A DNA stretch of 63,956 nucleotides, counting the filler, from NCBI GenBank assembly GCA_964501035.1. It is 16 parts of 16 records of this genome, joined end to end, with 100 filler letters (N's around TTAATTAATTAA, not from the genome) between each part and the next. Parts side by side here need not be neighbours in the genome. Positions count along the whole stretch, not along the records: positions 43,676 to 47,215 come from CAZCRK010000097.1; positions 47,316 to 50,713 come from CAZCRK010000098.1; positions 50,814 to 54,196 come from CAZCRK010000099.1; positions 54,297 to 57,659 come from CAZCRK010000100.1; 12 more parts are not named here. One strand, written 5' to 3'. This document shows, piece by piece, positions 44,563 to 54,394 of the stretch. A program made the position numbers and the translations under genes. Position 1 is the first letter of the stretch; each line of letters opens with the position of its first letter. Under the pieces are notes generated by a model that was not told where the DNA came from, searched no databases, and saw only the letters and a list, made by a program, of their open reading frames with translations.

Positions 44563-45615
44563 AAAATGAAATCAATTAGTTAAATTTTAGGCTTTGTTTA
44601 ATAGTCATCTTTGATAATCAGTAAATGCTCACGAAAGCATGATGATAAAATTCCACCACTTTACCATATTGCTGTTTTATTCGTTTCTAATCAATCTAGA
44701 ACGATATACCTATAGTAACTTTTGTGCGTATATTTCAGTTAAATAATCAAAATAATCCGATGTAATTTTCTCTTTTAGCAATTCTTGTCCTAACTCATTA
44801 CATAAAAGAAGTTTTACGACTTAAATTTAGTTATTTGTAATATTTAATCTATAGTAGGTTATAAGTTCCGCAACCTTATCTCATACAACATTTAATAATT
44901 CTTCTTGTTTCATATCAACCGTACTTTAGATTAATTTTTTGCTCTCCCAGAGCATTAAAAATTTTGTGAAACATTTATAAAATTCTATTTTACTAACTGC
45001 CGAAATTGTATATAATTTAAGATTAATTAATAAGTGTATTAGTTGTGACTTTACATATACGAATTTAAAAGTACCAAATTTTAAAGAGAAGTAAATTCAC
45101 TTAAAAAGTTTGTGTAGTTATTTTCAGTGCATTTTCACGCACTTTATTTAGTGGCTATTATTTGAATAATGTGTGGGAAAAGTAAACGGGGAAGTTTTGA
45201 GGAATAATTTAACCGTTTTTTTGCTTTAATTAAAACATTATTTCTTTTCATCAAAACAGGAGATGTATTGTATGACTGAAATTTCATCAGGTGCTTTGAA
45301 GATTTCCTCTAATCTTGAGCCCCATTTTTTCTTTTTTACACCGTTCATTCTGAAAGATTGAGAGCGTCAAAAACGTGATAAAATTCATCGACAATATTTT
45401 TTGTAAATTTATATTAAATATCTGTACTAAAACGGTAACATTGATATTTATTTGATTTAATGATTTATCAACTCGTATTATTTGGCATACCCTTTCTCGG
45501 TTTGAGCCTCTCAATGTTTAAAGCTACTACTATGAAATTTGTGTTTGGAATGCAAAAGAGAGAGGCGTATTGTACGGATTATTAGAGATTTGTTGGATAA
45601 TAAAGAAATCCCGGA

Positions 45616-46896
45616 ATGAAACAAATTAATTTGAAAATATTTATCCTGGAACCTGAAACTCATTTTGATAATACAAAAACCAAGTATCTAGCTCTTCAAG
45701 AGTTTTCTTCAGTAATAAAATATAATGAATTTTTTCCAAAAGAATTGTGTGAAATTACTCACAACCCTGAATTGGCAGATTTTATTTTTGTTCCATTCTT
45801 TGGGGATTATTTTTCTAAATTGGGCCTGATTGGAATGTTAGATTTATTTAGCCGGTGTGATATATATATCAAGTACTATTGGAAATTCATCTTTATGTAT
45901 CGTGATGACTGTAGTTGGAAAATACCTATGGGAGGTACTTGGTTGAGAGCAAGCTATGATAAAAACATACTATCAGATGAATCTATTCCTATTCCATATC
46001 TGGTATCATCCAACAAATATATTGGTACTGATATTTGTAAACAACGAGCTAATTTTGTAGGAGCTTTGCATACACATCCAATTAGAGATAAATTGATCCA
46101 GTTTTTAGTCGATGAAAAACTCCTGGAAAAGGTATTTATTATAATAAGAAAGGAATTCCATTCTGAGCTAATGAGAGAAGTGTGGGGCGGAACTGAATTT
46201 GAAAAAAGAAAAAAACAAGCATCTATTGCCGCAAATAATAGCTTTATTACTTTATGCCCTCGCGGAACAGGTCTAAATTCTATTAGATTTTATGAAACCA
46301 TGAGCAATGGAAGAATACCAATGCTTATATCGGATAATTGTAGATTACCCTTAGATGATATAATAAATTATGAAGAATTTTGTTTTAAAATTATGCATGA
46401 TCAGATGAGTGAAATACACAGTATCGTTAATACAAAAGAAGCAGAACTTACTGAAATGTGTAAACGATCAAATGAAATACACAAAGAATTTCTGTCCATC
46501 GAAAAATTTGGATTTAGATTGGTCAATTATTTGAAAAAAAAGAGAAATGAAATTCACGAAAGAAGAAAAAAGGACAAGTTATTTGACATTAATCTAAATA
46601 ATGAAGATGTATTTGATTACATATTTAAGAGTTTACTTACATTTGTCAACGAAAAGGAATCAACTAATATTTTAGCAGTTGCCACTCTATTAAAAAAAAT
46701 GACAAAAGATGAAAAGATAACAACGAATCTGGATTTTATCATTAGAACTTCATCTAATGCTTGCATTACAACAAATGTTGATTACGAGAAATATATTACA
46801 AGTTTACCTTTAGAATTTGATAAAATCGCAACACCATGTAACTATAATTCTTTAATGGATTCCTATTTTGAAAGCGTTTTTGGCGCGTTGAGTTAA
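45616..46896 (+). CDS. Exostosin-family (GT47-like) glycosyltransferase
   Basis: NPELADFIFVP, FVG...HPIR, LCPRGTGLNSIRFYETMSNGRIPMLISD..LP. Confidence 0.82.
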   Translation: MKQINLKIFILEPETHFDNTKTKYLALQEFSSVIKYNEFFPKELCEITHNPELADFIFVPFFGDYFSKLGLIGMLDLFSRCDIYIKYYWKFIFMYRDDCSWKIPMGGTWLRASYDKNILSDESIPIPYLVSSNKYIGTDICKQRANFVGALHTHPIRDKLIQFLVDEKLLEKVFIIIRKEFHSELMREVWGGTEFEKRKKQASIAANNSFITLCPRGTGLNSIRFYETMSNGRIPMLISDNCRLPLDDIINYEEFCFKIMHDQMSEIHSIVNTKEAELTEMCKRSNEIHKEFLSIEKFGFRLVNYLKKKRNEIHERRKKDKLFDINLNNEDVFDYIFKSLLTFVNEKESTNILAVATLLKKMTKDEKITTNLDFIIRTSSNACITTNVDYEKYITSLPLEFDKIATPCNYNSLMDSYFESVFGALS

Positions 46897-47054
46897 TTAG
46901 TTATGTCTAAGAAGTCTAAATTAATAGGAAGTAGATTTGGATCGTCCGGTAAGAGAAAGCTTCTATATCAATCTAAAAGTCTTTCTAAGCAGTCTTATGG
47001 CGGTTTATTAAACTTTGCCTATCCTTCTTCCTGTAATCTTAGGCACTCTTTGTT

Positions 47055-47215
47055 TTATGACGGCACAGTATCGGGAGCTTTCGGCATACCGTGAGGGAGC
47101 GCGTCCGGAATTGGCGCGAATTCAGCGACCGCAGCCCAGAGGCGCGAGAAATCCTTGTTCACGTCGCCGGAGAGGCAGTCGGTGACCTCGCCCGCGAGGT
47201 CGGGGTGCTTGTCGG
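47055..47215 (-). CDS. C-terminal fragment of a GC-rich gene, possibly an FAD-dependent oxidoreductase/halogenase-like protein
   Basis: Manual translation DKHPDLAGEVTDCLSGDVNKDFSRLWAAVAEFAPIPDALPHGMPKAPDTVPS*; strong GC3 codon bias; product call tentative. Confidence 0.55.
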
Positions 47216-47414
47216 NNNNNNNNNNNNNNNNNNNNNNNNNNNNNNNNNNNNNNNNNNNNTTAATTAATTAANNNNNNNNNNNNNNNNNNNNNNNNNNNNN
47301 NNNNNNNNNNNNNNNAATGAATTTTCTGAGAAATTAAATACAAATTTTTCTTAACATCCATATCAGGTTCACACCATCCCAGATAAAATCAATATCAACG
47401 ATTAATAATTATTA

Positions 47415-49208
47415 TTAAATGGGCCAAAGAATCGGTAAAAAGTAAATCGCGGTAATCCAGAATAACAATGCCAATGGAAATCCAACTCGGATATAATCAC
47501 TGAATTTGTATCCACCCGGACCATAGACCATTAAATTGGTTTGGTATCCAACCGGTGTAATAAATGAAGCAGATGCTGCAAATGCCACGGCAAAAATAAA
47601 TGCTCTAGGCTCAAACTCCATTTGCTGTGTTACAGCTAGAGCTATGGGAGTCATAATAATCGCTGTAGCAGCATTAGACGAAACTTCTGTCAAGATCATG
47701 GTGATCAAATAGATTAATGCTAAAAGTGCATGTGCTTGCCATTCAATAGGAGCCATACGTGCGGCAGTAGAAATAAAACCGCCCAACCATTCTGCTGTAC
47801 CAGATGACTCTATAACAATACCTATCGGGATTAATGCAGCAATAAGAACAATTACCTGCCAATGGATAGATTGGTATCCTTCCTGGGGTGTAATAATCTT
47901 AATAGCCAGTAATATGACAACACCTATCATGGCCGCGCTCATGATTGGCATGATACCCGCAGCGGCCAATCCAATCCCGCCCAACACTACCACAATGGAC
48001 ATCCACCAAAATCGTTTTTTCCGCAATTTTGCTTCCACTTCTCCCAACATGATAAAGTCTCCACCTTTGGATAATTCACTTACCTTATTGGACGGGCCAT
48101 ATACTAAAAATGTATCAAATGCTTGGAGAACAATATGTGCGATCTTTTTCCGGAAAATAGTGCCTTCTCGACGGATGGCTAGAATGAATGTGCCGAATCG
48201 CCGGCGAAAATTTGATGTCATTAAACTATGTCCAACCAAATCCGATTGCTCTGTCAACAAACATTCCACTAATACATTATCTTGTTTTTCTAATTCCTGT
48301 TGTGTCAATTTTTCGTCAGTTAATAAAGTAACTTTTTCCACTTCTTTCATGCTGAGAAAATTGTTTAGCGTTCCCCGGACAAACAAAATATCACCTGCTT
48401 TCAGTATTGTCTGGCGAATATTAGATGTGATCATTTTCTCATCACGAAGAATATCTAAAACCATCACATCGTAATGTTTATTTATGCCACGGTCAAAACA
48501 ACTTGTTCCAACCAATGGTGACTCCTCCTTGATTTTCATTTCAGTCAAATATCCACCAAGGTGATAACTCTTTGTTAGACTAGATGTAGTAGTTCGAGAT
48601 GGTAATAATTTGGGTGCAATAAAAAGAATATAGAGTAATCCGATGGACATTAGAATTACACCATATCGAGCAAATTCAAACATACCCATGGGCTCAACAT
48701 TAGGATCAGAAACGTAAATTGAATTCACAAGTAAATTTGTGGATGTACCCACTAGAGTGAGTGTACCACCCAGTATAGCAGCATAGCTCAATGGTATCAA
48801 CATTTTGGACGGGCTCAGTTTATATTTATGAGCCAACCGAATAGTTACCGGCATGAAAATGGCAACTACAGCTGTATTGTTCACAACTGCTGAAGCCAAA
48901 CCAATGGTGAATAAATAAACCGCTCTTCCCAAGAGTCTCGAGCGGTCTGCAATCTTATTGATCCGAATAACAAGGTATTCAAGAATACCTGTTTTCTGGA
49001 GAGCATGACTCAAAATAAAAAGGAAAGCAATGGTGAGCACTGCAGGATTTGAAAAACCGGAGATTGCCTGCTCCGGAGTCAAATATCCAAATAAGAAAAG
49101 GATAGAGAGAAGAATCATTGCAGTAACATCGATTGAGAAAATCTCGGTCACAAATAGGATAAACCCCAAGGCAAGCAAACCAATTACTATAGCAATATCG
49201 GGTGTCAT
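47415..49208 (-). CDS. SLC13/DASS-family permease with TrkA-C domains
   Basis: GFSNPAV, NNTAVV, PLSYAAILGGTLTLVGTSTNL, two TrkA-C repeats, SNAATA, TPVGYQTNLMVYGPGGYKFSDY. Confidence 0.92.
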   Translation of the reverse strand: MTPDIAIVIGLLALGFILFVTEIFSIDVTAMILLSILFLFGYLTPEQAISGFSNPAVLTIAFLFILSHALQKTGILEYLVIRINKIADRSRLLGRAVYLFTIGLASAVVNNTAVVAIFMPVTIRLAHKYKLSPSKMLIPLSYAAILGGTLTLVGTSTNLLVNSIYVSDPNVEPMGMFEFARYGVILMSIGLLYILFIAPKLLPSRTTTSSLTKSYHLGGYLTEMKIKEESPLVGTSCFDRGINKHYDVMVLDILRDEKMITSNIRQTILKAGDILFVRGTLNNFLSMKEVEKVTLLTDEKLTQQELEKQDNVLVECLLTEQSDLVGHSLMTSNFRRRFGTFILAIRREGTIFRKKIAHIVLQAFDTFLVYGPSNKVSELSKGGDFIMLGEVEAKLRKKRFWWMSIVVVLGGIGLAAAGIMPIMSAAMIGVVILLAIKIITPQEGYQSIHWQVIVLIAALIPIGIVIESSGTAEWLGGFISTAARMAPIEWQAHALLALIYLITMILTEVSSNAATAIIMTPIALAVTQQMEFEPRAFIFAVAFAASASFITPVGYQTNLMVYGPGGYKFSDYIRVGFPLALLFWITAIYFLPILWPI

Positions 49209-49256
49209 AGAAGCAAATTTAATTCAAGAGATTGAAGAGAACAATCCGTGAATTAA

Positions 49257-49586
49257 TCAATTGAAAGGATGTTCTCCAATGTGGGATCTTGCCGCATCAG
49301 GCTTGAATGAACTTTTTTCTGGATTATTAGACTGATCATCCTTTTTTAAAATGGCATTAATAATTATATCCATAATGGAGTCCCGTCTTGTATTATTCAA
49401 TACAGCAATGACAAAAATTGGGTATTCTGCTTCCGGCAATGCTTTTTCCCATTCATCAAATAGATCCGTTTCATCTAGGAATTTGTCAACATCCGGTTCA
49501 TTTTTCAAATATTGCACCACAGTATCCATGAGGGATATCAATTGTTCTTTCAATTGGTAATTATTTAACGAAGTCAAATCATTCAT
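49257..49586 (-). CDS. Hypothetical protein
   Basis: 109-aa ORF overlapping the HD-GYP stop (ATGA coupling). Confidence 0.7.
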   Translation of the reverse strand: MNDLTSLNNYQLKEQLISLMDTVVQYLKNEPDVDKFLDETDLFDEWEKALPEAEYPIFVIAVLNNTRRDSIMDIIINAILKKDDQSNNPEKSSFKPDAARSHIGEHPFN

Positions 49587-50713
49587 GACTCCAGAACAGC
49601 CTCCTCATCCACACTATCAATCTGCGTTTTGGCAACATAATCCTCCGCATATTTTTTATAAACACCAGATTTCACAAAAATCTCGAATAAGTCCACATCG
49701 ATATGGTAATCGTTTTTCATAAAGCCCATAATACGCATGGCATTAGATAATTTTTTTCCGTCTTTGTAAGGCCGATCCGCTGCCGTAAGTGCTTCATAAA
49801 TATCTGCGATGGCCATTATCTTGGCCTGGGTCGACATTTGATTTGCCTTCAATCCTTTGGGATAACCTGTACCATCCATCTTCTCATGATGACCTCCAGC
49901 AAATTCCGGAATATTTTTTAGATGTTTTGGATAGGGTAACTTCTCCAACATTTCGATGGTAATAACAATATGATCGTTTATGACCTCTCTCTCTTCTGGC
50001 AGAAGTGTTCCTTTAGGTATATTTAAATTCGCTATTTCTTCATTTGATAGAAAATTTTGGTCTGTTCCATGTAAATGGATTTGTTGTTCCCCAATAGATT
50101 TTACACGTTCCTGCAGATTTTGGTTCATGAATTCCCCACCAACATTACAGTTCTCTAAAAATTTCATATTTTCGTCTATCTGCCGGATCGTTTCCATGTA
50201 TTCATTGTCAAAATTTCCTGAGGCTTGACCATTCAACTGCCGTTTTAGAAAAGCGATTTCCGCATCCCGTTTAAATAGTTCCATTCTAGTTTTGACTAGT
50301 TCGATTCTATCAAAAATGGTTTCCAATTTGGTACCTTTATCCACTACATGGGGCGGTGTCGCGACTTTCCCGCAATCATGGAGCCAGGCAGCGATGTATA
50401 ACTCGTATCGTTCATCTTCATTCATGGAAAAATTTTTATATTTTCCTTCGGTCATTTTAGCCACTGCATCTGCAAGCATCATGGTAATCACTGGTACACG
50501 ATTACAATGTCCACCGGTATACTCAGATTTTTTATCAATGGCGGTGGCAATTAATTTGATAAATGCTTCGAAGAGTATCTTTAGCTCCTCCACCAAACGT
50601 TTATTAGTCAAAGCCACGGCACCTTGAGATGCCAATGATTCTAACTGTTCCTGCATTTCCTCATTGAATGAAATGACATCACCGTGTTCATTCCGAGCAT
50701 TGATGAGCTGCAT
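49583..50713 (-). CDS. HD-GYP c-di-GMP phosphodiesterase with preceding GAF domain (5' truncated)
   Basis: GHCNRV, LHDCGK, HHEKMDGTGYP, ADIYEALTAADRPYK. Confidence 0.92.
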   Translation of the reverse strand: MQLINARNEHGDVISFNEEMQEQLESLASQGAVALTNKRLVEELKILFEAFIKLIATAIDKKSEYTGGHCNRVPVITMMLADAVAKMTEGKYKNFSMNEDERYELYIAAWLHDCGKVATPPHVVDKGTKLETIFDRIELVKTRMELFKRDAEIAFLKRQLNGQASGNFDNEYMETIRQIDENMKFLENCNVGGEFMNQNLQERVKSIGEQQIHLHGTDQNFLSNEEIANLNIPKGTLLPEEREVINDHIVITIEMLEKLPYPKHLKNIPEFAGGHHEKMDGTGYPKGLKANQMSTQAKIMAIADIYEALTAADRPYKDGKKLSNAMRIMGFMKNDYHIDVDLFEIFVKSGVYKKYAEDYVAKTQIDSVDEEAVLES

Positions 50714-50813
50714 NNNNNNNNNNNNNNNNNNNNNNNNNNNNNNNNNNNNNNNNNNNNTTAATTAATTAANNNNNNNNNNNNNNNNNNNNNNNNNNNNNNN
50801 NNNNNNNNNNNNN

Positions 50814-51520
50814 GAACTATTTCCTTGAGCAATTTCAAGATCTGCAAAGCGGTAATGGGTGGAATCATTTAAAACTTCCTGAAATACATTGTTTGGCGGT
50901 GCTTCAGCAATATCATCATTTAGATCACCCAAAACGATAACCTTATTGCTTGGAAGATTATTATCTATATATTCTTTTAGAAGATTTATTGCGGTATATC
51001 GTCTGTTTTCTTCATCAGATGAGTCATCGTAATCAAGGATACCATCTCCACAGCATTTAAAATGGTTATTAATTATAAAATAATTTTCGCCCATAAAATT
51101 GAGATCCATTACCATGGGTGAGCGAGGAAATGCATTCCAATATTCTGAAGTGATGTATATCTCGTAGATATCATTGATTTCTACAGTCTCGGTTTTATAA
51201 ACATATGCTAAACCAGCAAACCAATTCGATTCATAGTATCCCAAATATGCTGGTAAAGAATCTAACATTTGGTCAAACATAGCAGTATCATCTAATTCTT
51301 GTATAGCAAGAATATCTAAATCCAAAAGGTTTATAATTTCAGTGACATAATCAATCGTGATTTGATTATTTTTAGGAAACCATTCAATGTTCCAGGTTGC
51401 TATATCCAAAGAATTATCATCTCCAAACGATAGATCTTCCAGGTCTTGAGCAAACAAAGCAGCAACTAAAAAATAGCTTGAAAAGATAATGCTTTTTAAT
51501 ATTTCTCGATAGAATAACAT
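50814..51520 (-). CDS. Secreted endonuclease/exonuclease/phosphatase family protein (3' truncated)
   Basis: IATWNIEWF, LAIQE, NHFKCC, VLGDLND; signal peptide. Confidence 0.85.
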
Positions 51521-51557
51521 AAATACAATTGGAAATGATGCATAAAAATATTTTGCT

Positions 51558-51588
51558 ACTTAACAAAAACCATCACGAATGTGGCGCT
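51558..51588 (-). repeat. Array repeat copy 1 (degenerate short form)
   Basis: ACTTAACAAAAACCATCACGAATGTGGCGCT; overlaps the stop of the Gly-zipper ORF. Confidence 0.6.
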
Positions 51589-51757
51589 ACTCTTCTTCTG
51601 TTGAATCTGGTTCAACACTCGCCTGTGCATTTTTAGTTTGGGATAAAGCAGCACCAATAGCAATCCCAATACCAATCCCTACTCCTAAATTACCAGTTGC
51701 TGCGCCTATTCCTGCACCAATGGCTACTCCAGCAAAAAATCTTAATTCACCTCTCAT
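51587..51757 (-). CDS. Small glycine-zipper membrane protein
   Basis: MRGELRFFAGVAIGAGIGAATGNLGVGIGIGIAIGAAL...; ATG 51757 preferred because the longer ORF starts inside the repeat. Confidence 0.65.
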   Translation of the reverse strand: MRGELRFFAGVAIGAGIGAATGNLGVGIGIGIAIGAALSQTKNAQASVEPDSTEEE

Positions 51758-51774
51758 ATCCAAATCTACCCATA

Positions 51775-51830
51775 ATCCCACAAACAAAAAACCCCACGAA
51801 TCAGCCACAGGCAGACAAGATGTGGGGCTT
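51775..51830 (-). repeat. Array repeat copy 2 (long form)
   Basis: ATCCCACAAACAAAAAACCCCACGAATCAGCCACAGGCAGACAAGATGTGGGGCTT. Confidence 0.92.
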
Positions 51831-51866
51831 TCATAATTTTATTTGATTTTTTAAATTAAGTCAAAT

Positions 51867-52367
51867 TTAATTATTAGGAACGCCGGAATCTTCTAACCAA
51901 CCATATTCAGTGATAAAGCCAACTTCAGCAGTATCACCCGATTGAATACCTTTGTTATATAACCAGGCCCATCTGGAATTATCCTTACGTTGATGCCCAA
52001 TAACACCATGGTAAACATTTTCTACGGAATCAATAATTTCTTCATCAAATGTTATATATACCCAGATTCCATCTACAACTTCTGTTTCATCATCTACATA
52101 GTCTGGGTCATATCCGTTCGGTGGGGTCTCCAGAGCATCAAAAGGATTGGTTGGCCAAGAGCGACGGCCATTTAACATCAGTTGTTCTATTGCATAATTT
52201 TCAAGACCTATGGTTATATCTGAGATCACTTTATCTTCAACTGCTTTTTCTGCTTGAGAGACTGATGACAAGTATTTTGGTATTGCAACTGCCGCAAGAA
52301 TGCCAAGAATGATAGTTACAATTATCAATTCAATTAACGTAAAACCATTGTTTTTAATTTTTAGCAT
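51867..52367 (-). CDS. Type IV pilin / pseudopilin with class III signal peptide
   Basis: KNNG|FTLIELIIVTIILGILAAVAIP prepilin motif (G-1, F1, E5); ATG 52367. Confidence 0.88.
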   Translation of the reverse strand: MLKIKNNGFTLIELIIVTIILGILAAVAIPKYLSSVSQAEKAVEDKVISDITIGLENYAIEQLMLNGRRSWPTNPFDALETPPNGYDPDYVDDETEVVDGIWVYITFDEEIIDSVENVYHGVIGHQRKDNSRWAWLYNKGIQSGDTAEVGFITEYGWLEDSGVPNN

Positions 52368-52562
52368 TGCTCTTTTTCTATTAATACAATATGGAAACAA
52401 TTACTATACCAAAATAATAATTTTCCAAATTATTGCATCATTATATTAACAATAAATCAGATAAAATAATAAATAATTGACTATGTCCAATATTGATACA
52501 TTGTTTCATAATTATACATCAAATTTATCCCTTCCCTTTATTGAAAATATTAACTAAAAACC

Positions 52563-52617
52563 TCACTCAAACAAAAAACCCCACGAATCAGCCACAGACA
52601 GACAAGATGTGGGGCTT
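52563..52617 (-). repeat. Array repeat copy 3 (long form)
   Basis: TCACTCAAACAAAAAACCCCACGAATCAGCCACAGACAGACAAGATGTGGGGCTT. Confidence 0.92.
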
Positions 52618-52639
52618 CTTGATATAGAAATTAATTTTA

Positions 52640-52975
52640 TTATTTTGATGAAACTTTAACTAATCCTTTTGTTACCAGTTCATCTAAACATTTATTAAAT
52701 ATTTCTTTACTTTCAGTTGGGTTAAGGCCTTCTAATGCATCATCTATTATTTTTGAACATTTAAGTTTCACATCTAGTAACTCACCACTTTCTTCACATT
52801 GAAGCTTATAATCTTTTATTTGACTAATAACTGTTTCACCTTTACCAAACTTCTTATTTGAAAACTTTTTTTCAAGTGATAGCATGTTATAAATATAGAA
52901 ATCGTATTTAACGCCATTTGTTATCGTTTTTCTTTTAGTCAGATTTACATCATCATATATTTCACCATCATACAT
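52640..52975 (-). CDS. Hypothetical protein
   Basis: 111-aa ORF with strong AAGGAG RBS. Confidence 0.7.
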   Translation of the reverse strand: MYDGEIYDDVNLTKRKTITNGVKYDFYIYNMLSLEKKFSNKKFGKGETVISQIKDYKLQCEESGELLDVKLKCSKIIDDALEGLNPTESKEIFNKCLDELVTKGLVKVSSK

Positions 52976-53028
52976 AATGTATTCTCCTTATTAATAATTT
53001 GAATCAGTACTTTTGTAAGATGGATAAT

Positions 53029-53241
53029 TTAATTTGGCTCCACATTAGTTGCACATGGACCTTTATCAGACTCCCCTTCTTCATAATTAACTTTCTGACC
53101 TTCTTTTAGTGTTTTAAATCCATCCATTTTAATCTCACTCATATGGACAAACAAATCTTTACCACCATCATTTGGTGTTAAAAATCCATATCCTTTTGAA
53201 TCATTGAACCATTTAACAGTTCCTTCTTTTTTATTACTCAT
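53029..53241 (-). CDS. Cold-shock protein (CspA family)
   Basis: [14 protein letters not shown] (RNP1), LFVHMSEI (RNP2), [19 protein letters not shown]. Confidence 0.95.
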   Translation of the reverse strand: MSNKKEGTVKWFNDSKGYGFLTPNDGGKDLFVHMSEIKMDGFKTLKEGQKVNYEEGESDKGPCATNVEPN

Positions 53242-53357
53242 TGTACATCTTGCCTATTTTTTAGTTTTATTAGTAATGCTTCGTTAAATATATGATTGGA
53301 ATTCTTTTATAAAATTCAACTATAAATTTAATCTTGCCCCCCCCGAATTTAATCATC

Positions 53358-53393
53358 ATCACACAAACATCAAGCCCCACTTTCGTGGGGCTT
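53358..53393 (-). repeat. Array repeat copy 4 (short form)
   Basis: ATCACACAAACATCAAGCCCCACTTTCGTGGGGCTT. Confidence 0.8.
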
Positions 53394-53413
53394 AAAATCG
53401 TTAAAATAAATAA

Positions 53414-53731
53414 TCAATATTTGATAGCTGTACCATTTACACTTACCATTAACATTGAACCTGTATCACCCAATGTTCCATAATCAATATCTATACCAAC
53501 AACACCATTCGCACCCATTTCTCTTGCTTTTTGATTCATTTCATCAAATGCGATATTGCGAGCTTTACTAAGTTCTTCTTCGTAGGCACCTGACCTACCG
53601 CCAGTAAAATCTTTTATAGATGCTAAAAAATCTTTAACAAAATTTGCGCCTGAAATAGCTTCTCCAGTCACAACGCCTAAATATTCTTTAATTTCTTTTC
53701 CATCTATATTATGCGTAGTTGTGTTTAACAT
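53414..53731 (-). CDS. YbjQ/UPF0145 heavy-metal-binding-domain protein
   Basis: [55 protein letters not shown] before ATG 53731. Confidence 0.92.
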   Translation of the reverse strand: MLNTTTHNIDGKEIKEYLGVVTGEAISGANFVKDFLASIKDFTGGRSGAYEEELSKARNIAFDEMNQKAREMGANGVVGIDIDYGTLGDTGSMLMVSVNGTAIKY

Positions 53732-53769
53732 ACTTATATTCTCCATTTTATTGATTAAATCTACAAATC

Positions 53770-53803
53770 ATCCCACAAACAAAAAACCCCATGAATGTGG
53801 GCT
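53770..53803 (-). repeat. Array repeat copy 5 (short form)
   Basis: ATCCCACAAACAAAAAACCCCATGAATGTGGGCT; upstream AAATCTAC shared with copy 2. Confidence 0.85.
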
Positions 53804-53816
53804 CTATTACTCATTA

Positions 53817-53978
53817 TCAATCAAATAGATTGAATAAAAGCGCAAAACCTAAAATCCCTATAAATACTCTTTCACTGTTTAACCCTTTTGTAATTGATAA
53901 AATAATTGCGATTCCAATAGATAATACACCTATTAAACTCCAAGGGTTTAATGTTTTTAATTTTTCTAACCATCTCAT
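53817..53978 (-). CDS. Small two-TM membrane protein
   Basis: MRWLEKLKTLNPWSLIGVLSIGIAIILSIT...VFIGILGFALLFNLFD; lies between repeats 5 and 6. Confidence 0.5.
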   Translation of the reverse strand: MRWLEKLKTLNPWSLIGVLSIGIAIILSITKGLNSERVFIGILGFALLFNLFD

Positions 53979-54071
53979 TTTTAAATTTAATAATAAATTA
54001 ACCAAGCCGACACCAGTGAATTCAGTCCAATTCAGCCATTTTTACCACCAAATAGACCAATCTTAGACTAT

Positions 54072-54120
54072 AAGCAAAAAACCCCACGAATACACCACAG
54101 GCGGACAAGATGTGGGGCTT
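54072..54120 (-). repeat. Array repeat copy 6 (long form)
   Basis: AAGCAAAAAACCCCACGAATACACCACAGGCGGACAAGATGTGGGGCTT; 19 nt from the stop of another minus-strand ORF end (54140-54196). Confidence 0.9.
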
Positions 54121-54296
54121 GATGTTCATAGACTATGTATTAATTATAGTTTGTAGTCACAAGATACCTGACATTTGTCTGACTATCGTATTCCTTNNNN
54201 NNNNNNNNNNNNNNNNNNNNNNNNNNNNNNNNNNNNNNNNTTAATTAATTAANNNNNNNNNNNNNNNNNNNNNNNNNNNNNNNNNNNNNNNNNNNN

Positions 54297-54394
54297 ATGT
54301 TTACTTTGAATTAGAAAATCCATGGGGAAGCATTATTGGATTATTTTTTGGAATGTTTGCAAGCATTGTAAATATAATGAAAACGGTAAAATAA
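54297..54394 (+). CDS. AtpZ/AtpI-family first gene of the atp operon (5' truncated)
   Basis: Manual translation VYFELENPWGSIIGLFFGMFASIVNIMKTVK*. Confidence 0.65.

Noticed and set aside
45287..45514. 75-aa ORF in the AT-rich gap (also 46903-47094)
   Set aside because: No recognisable motif or RBS; likely spurious.
47316..47361. Possible gene start MDVKKNLYLISQKIH on the minus strand (YggS-like N-terminus)
   Set aside because: Only 15 codons before the contig edge; insufficient evidence.
47914..48474. 186-aa antisense ORF and similar antisense ORFs inside narG, pilQ, the primase and the atp genes
   Set aside because: Fully nested opposite well-supported genes, with no motifs or RBS.
51558..54120. 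Repeat array as CRISPR or a classical integron
   Set aside because: The spacers are whole genes (190-740 nt), the repeats vary in length, there is no cas or intI gene, and paired RYYYAAC/GTTRRRY ends are absent (only copy 1 gives GTTAAGT).
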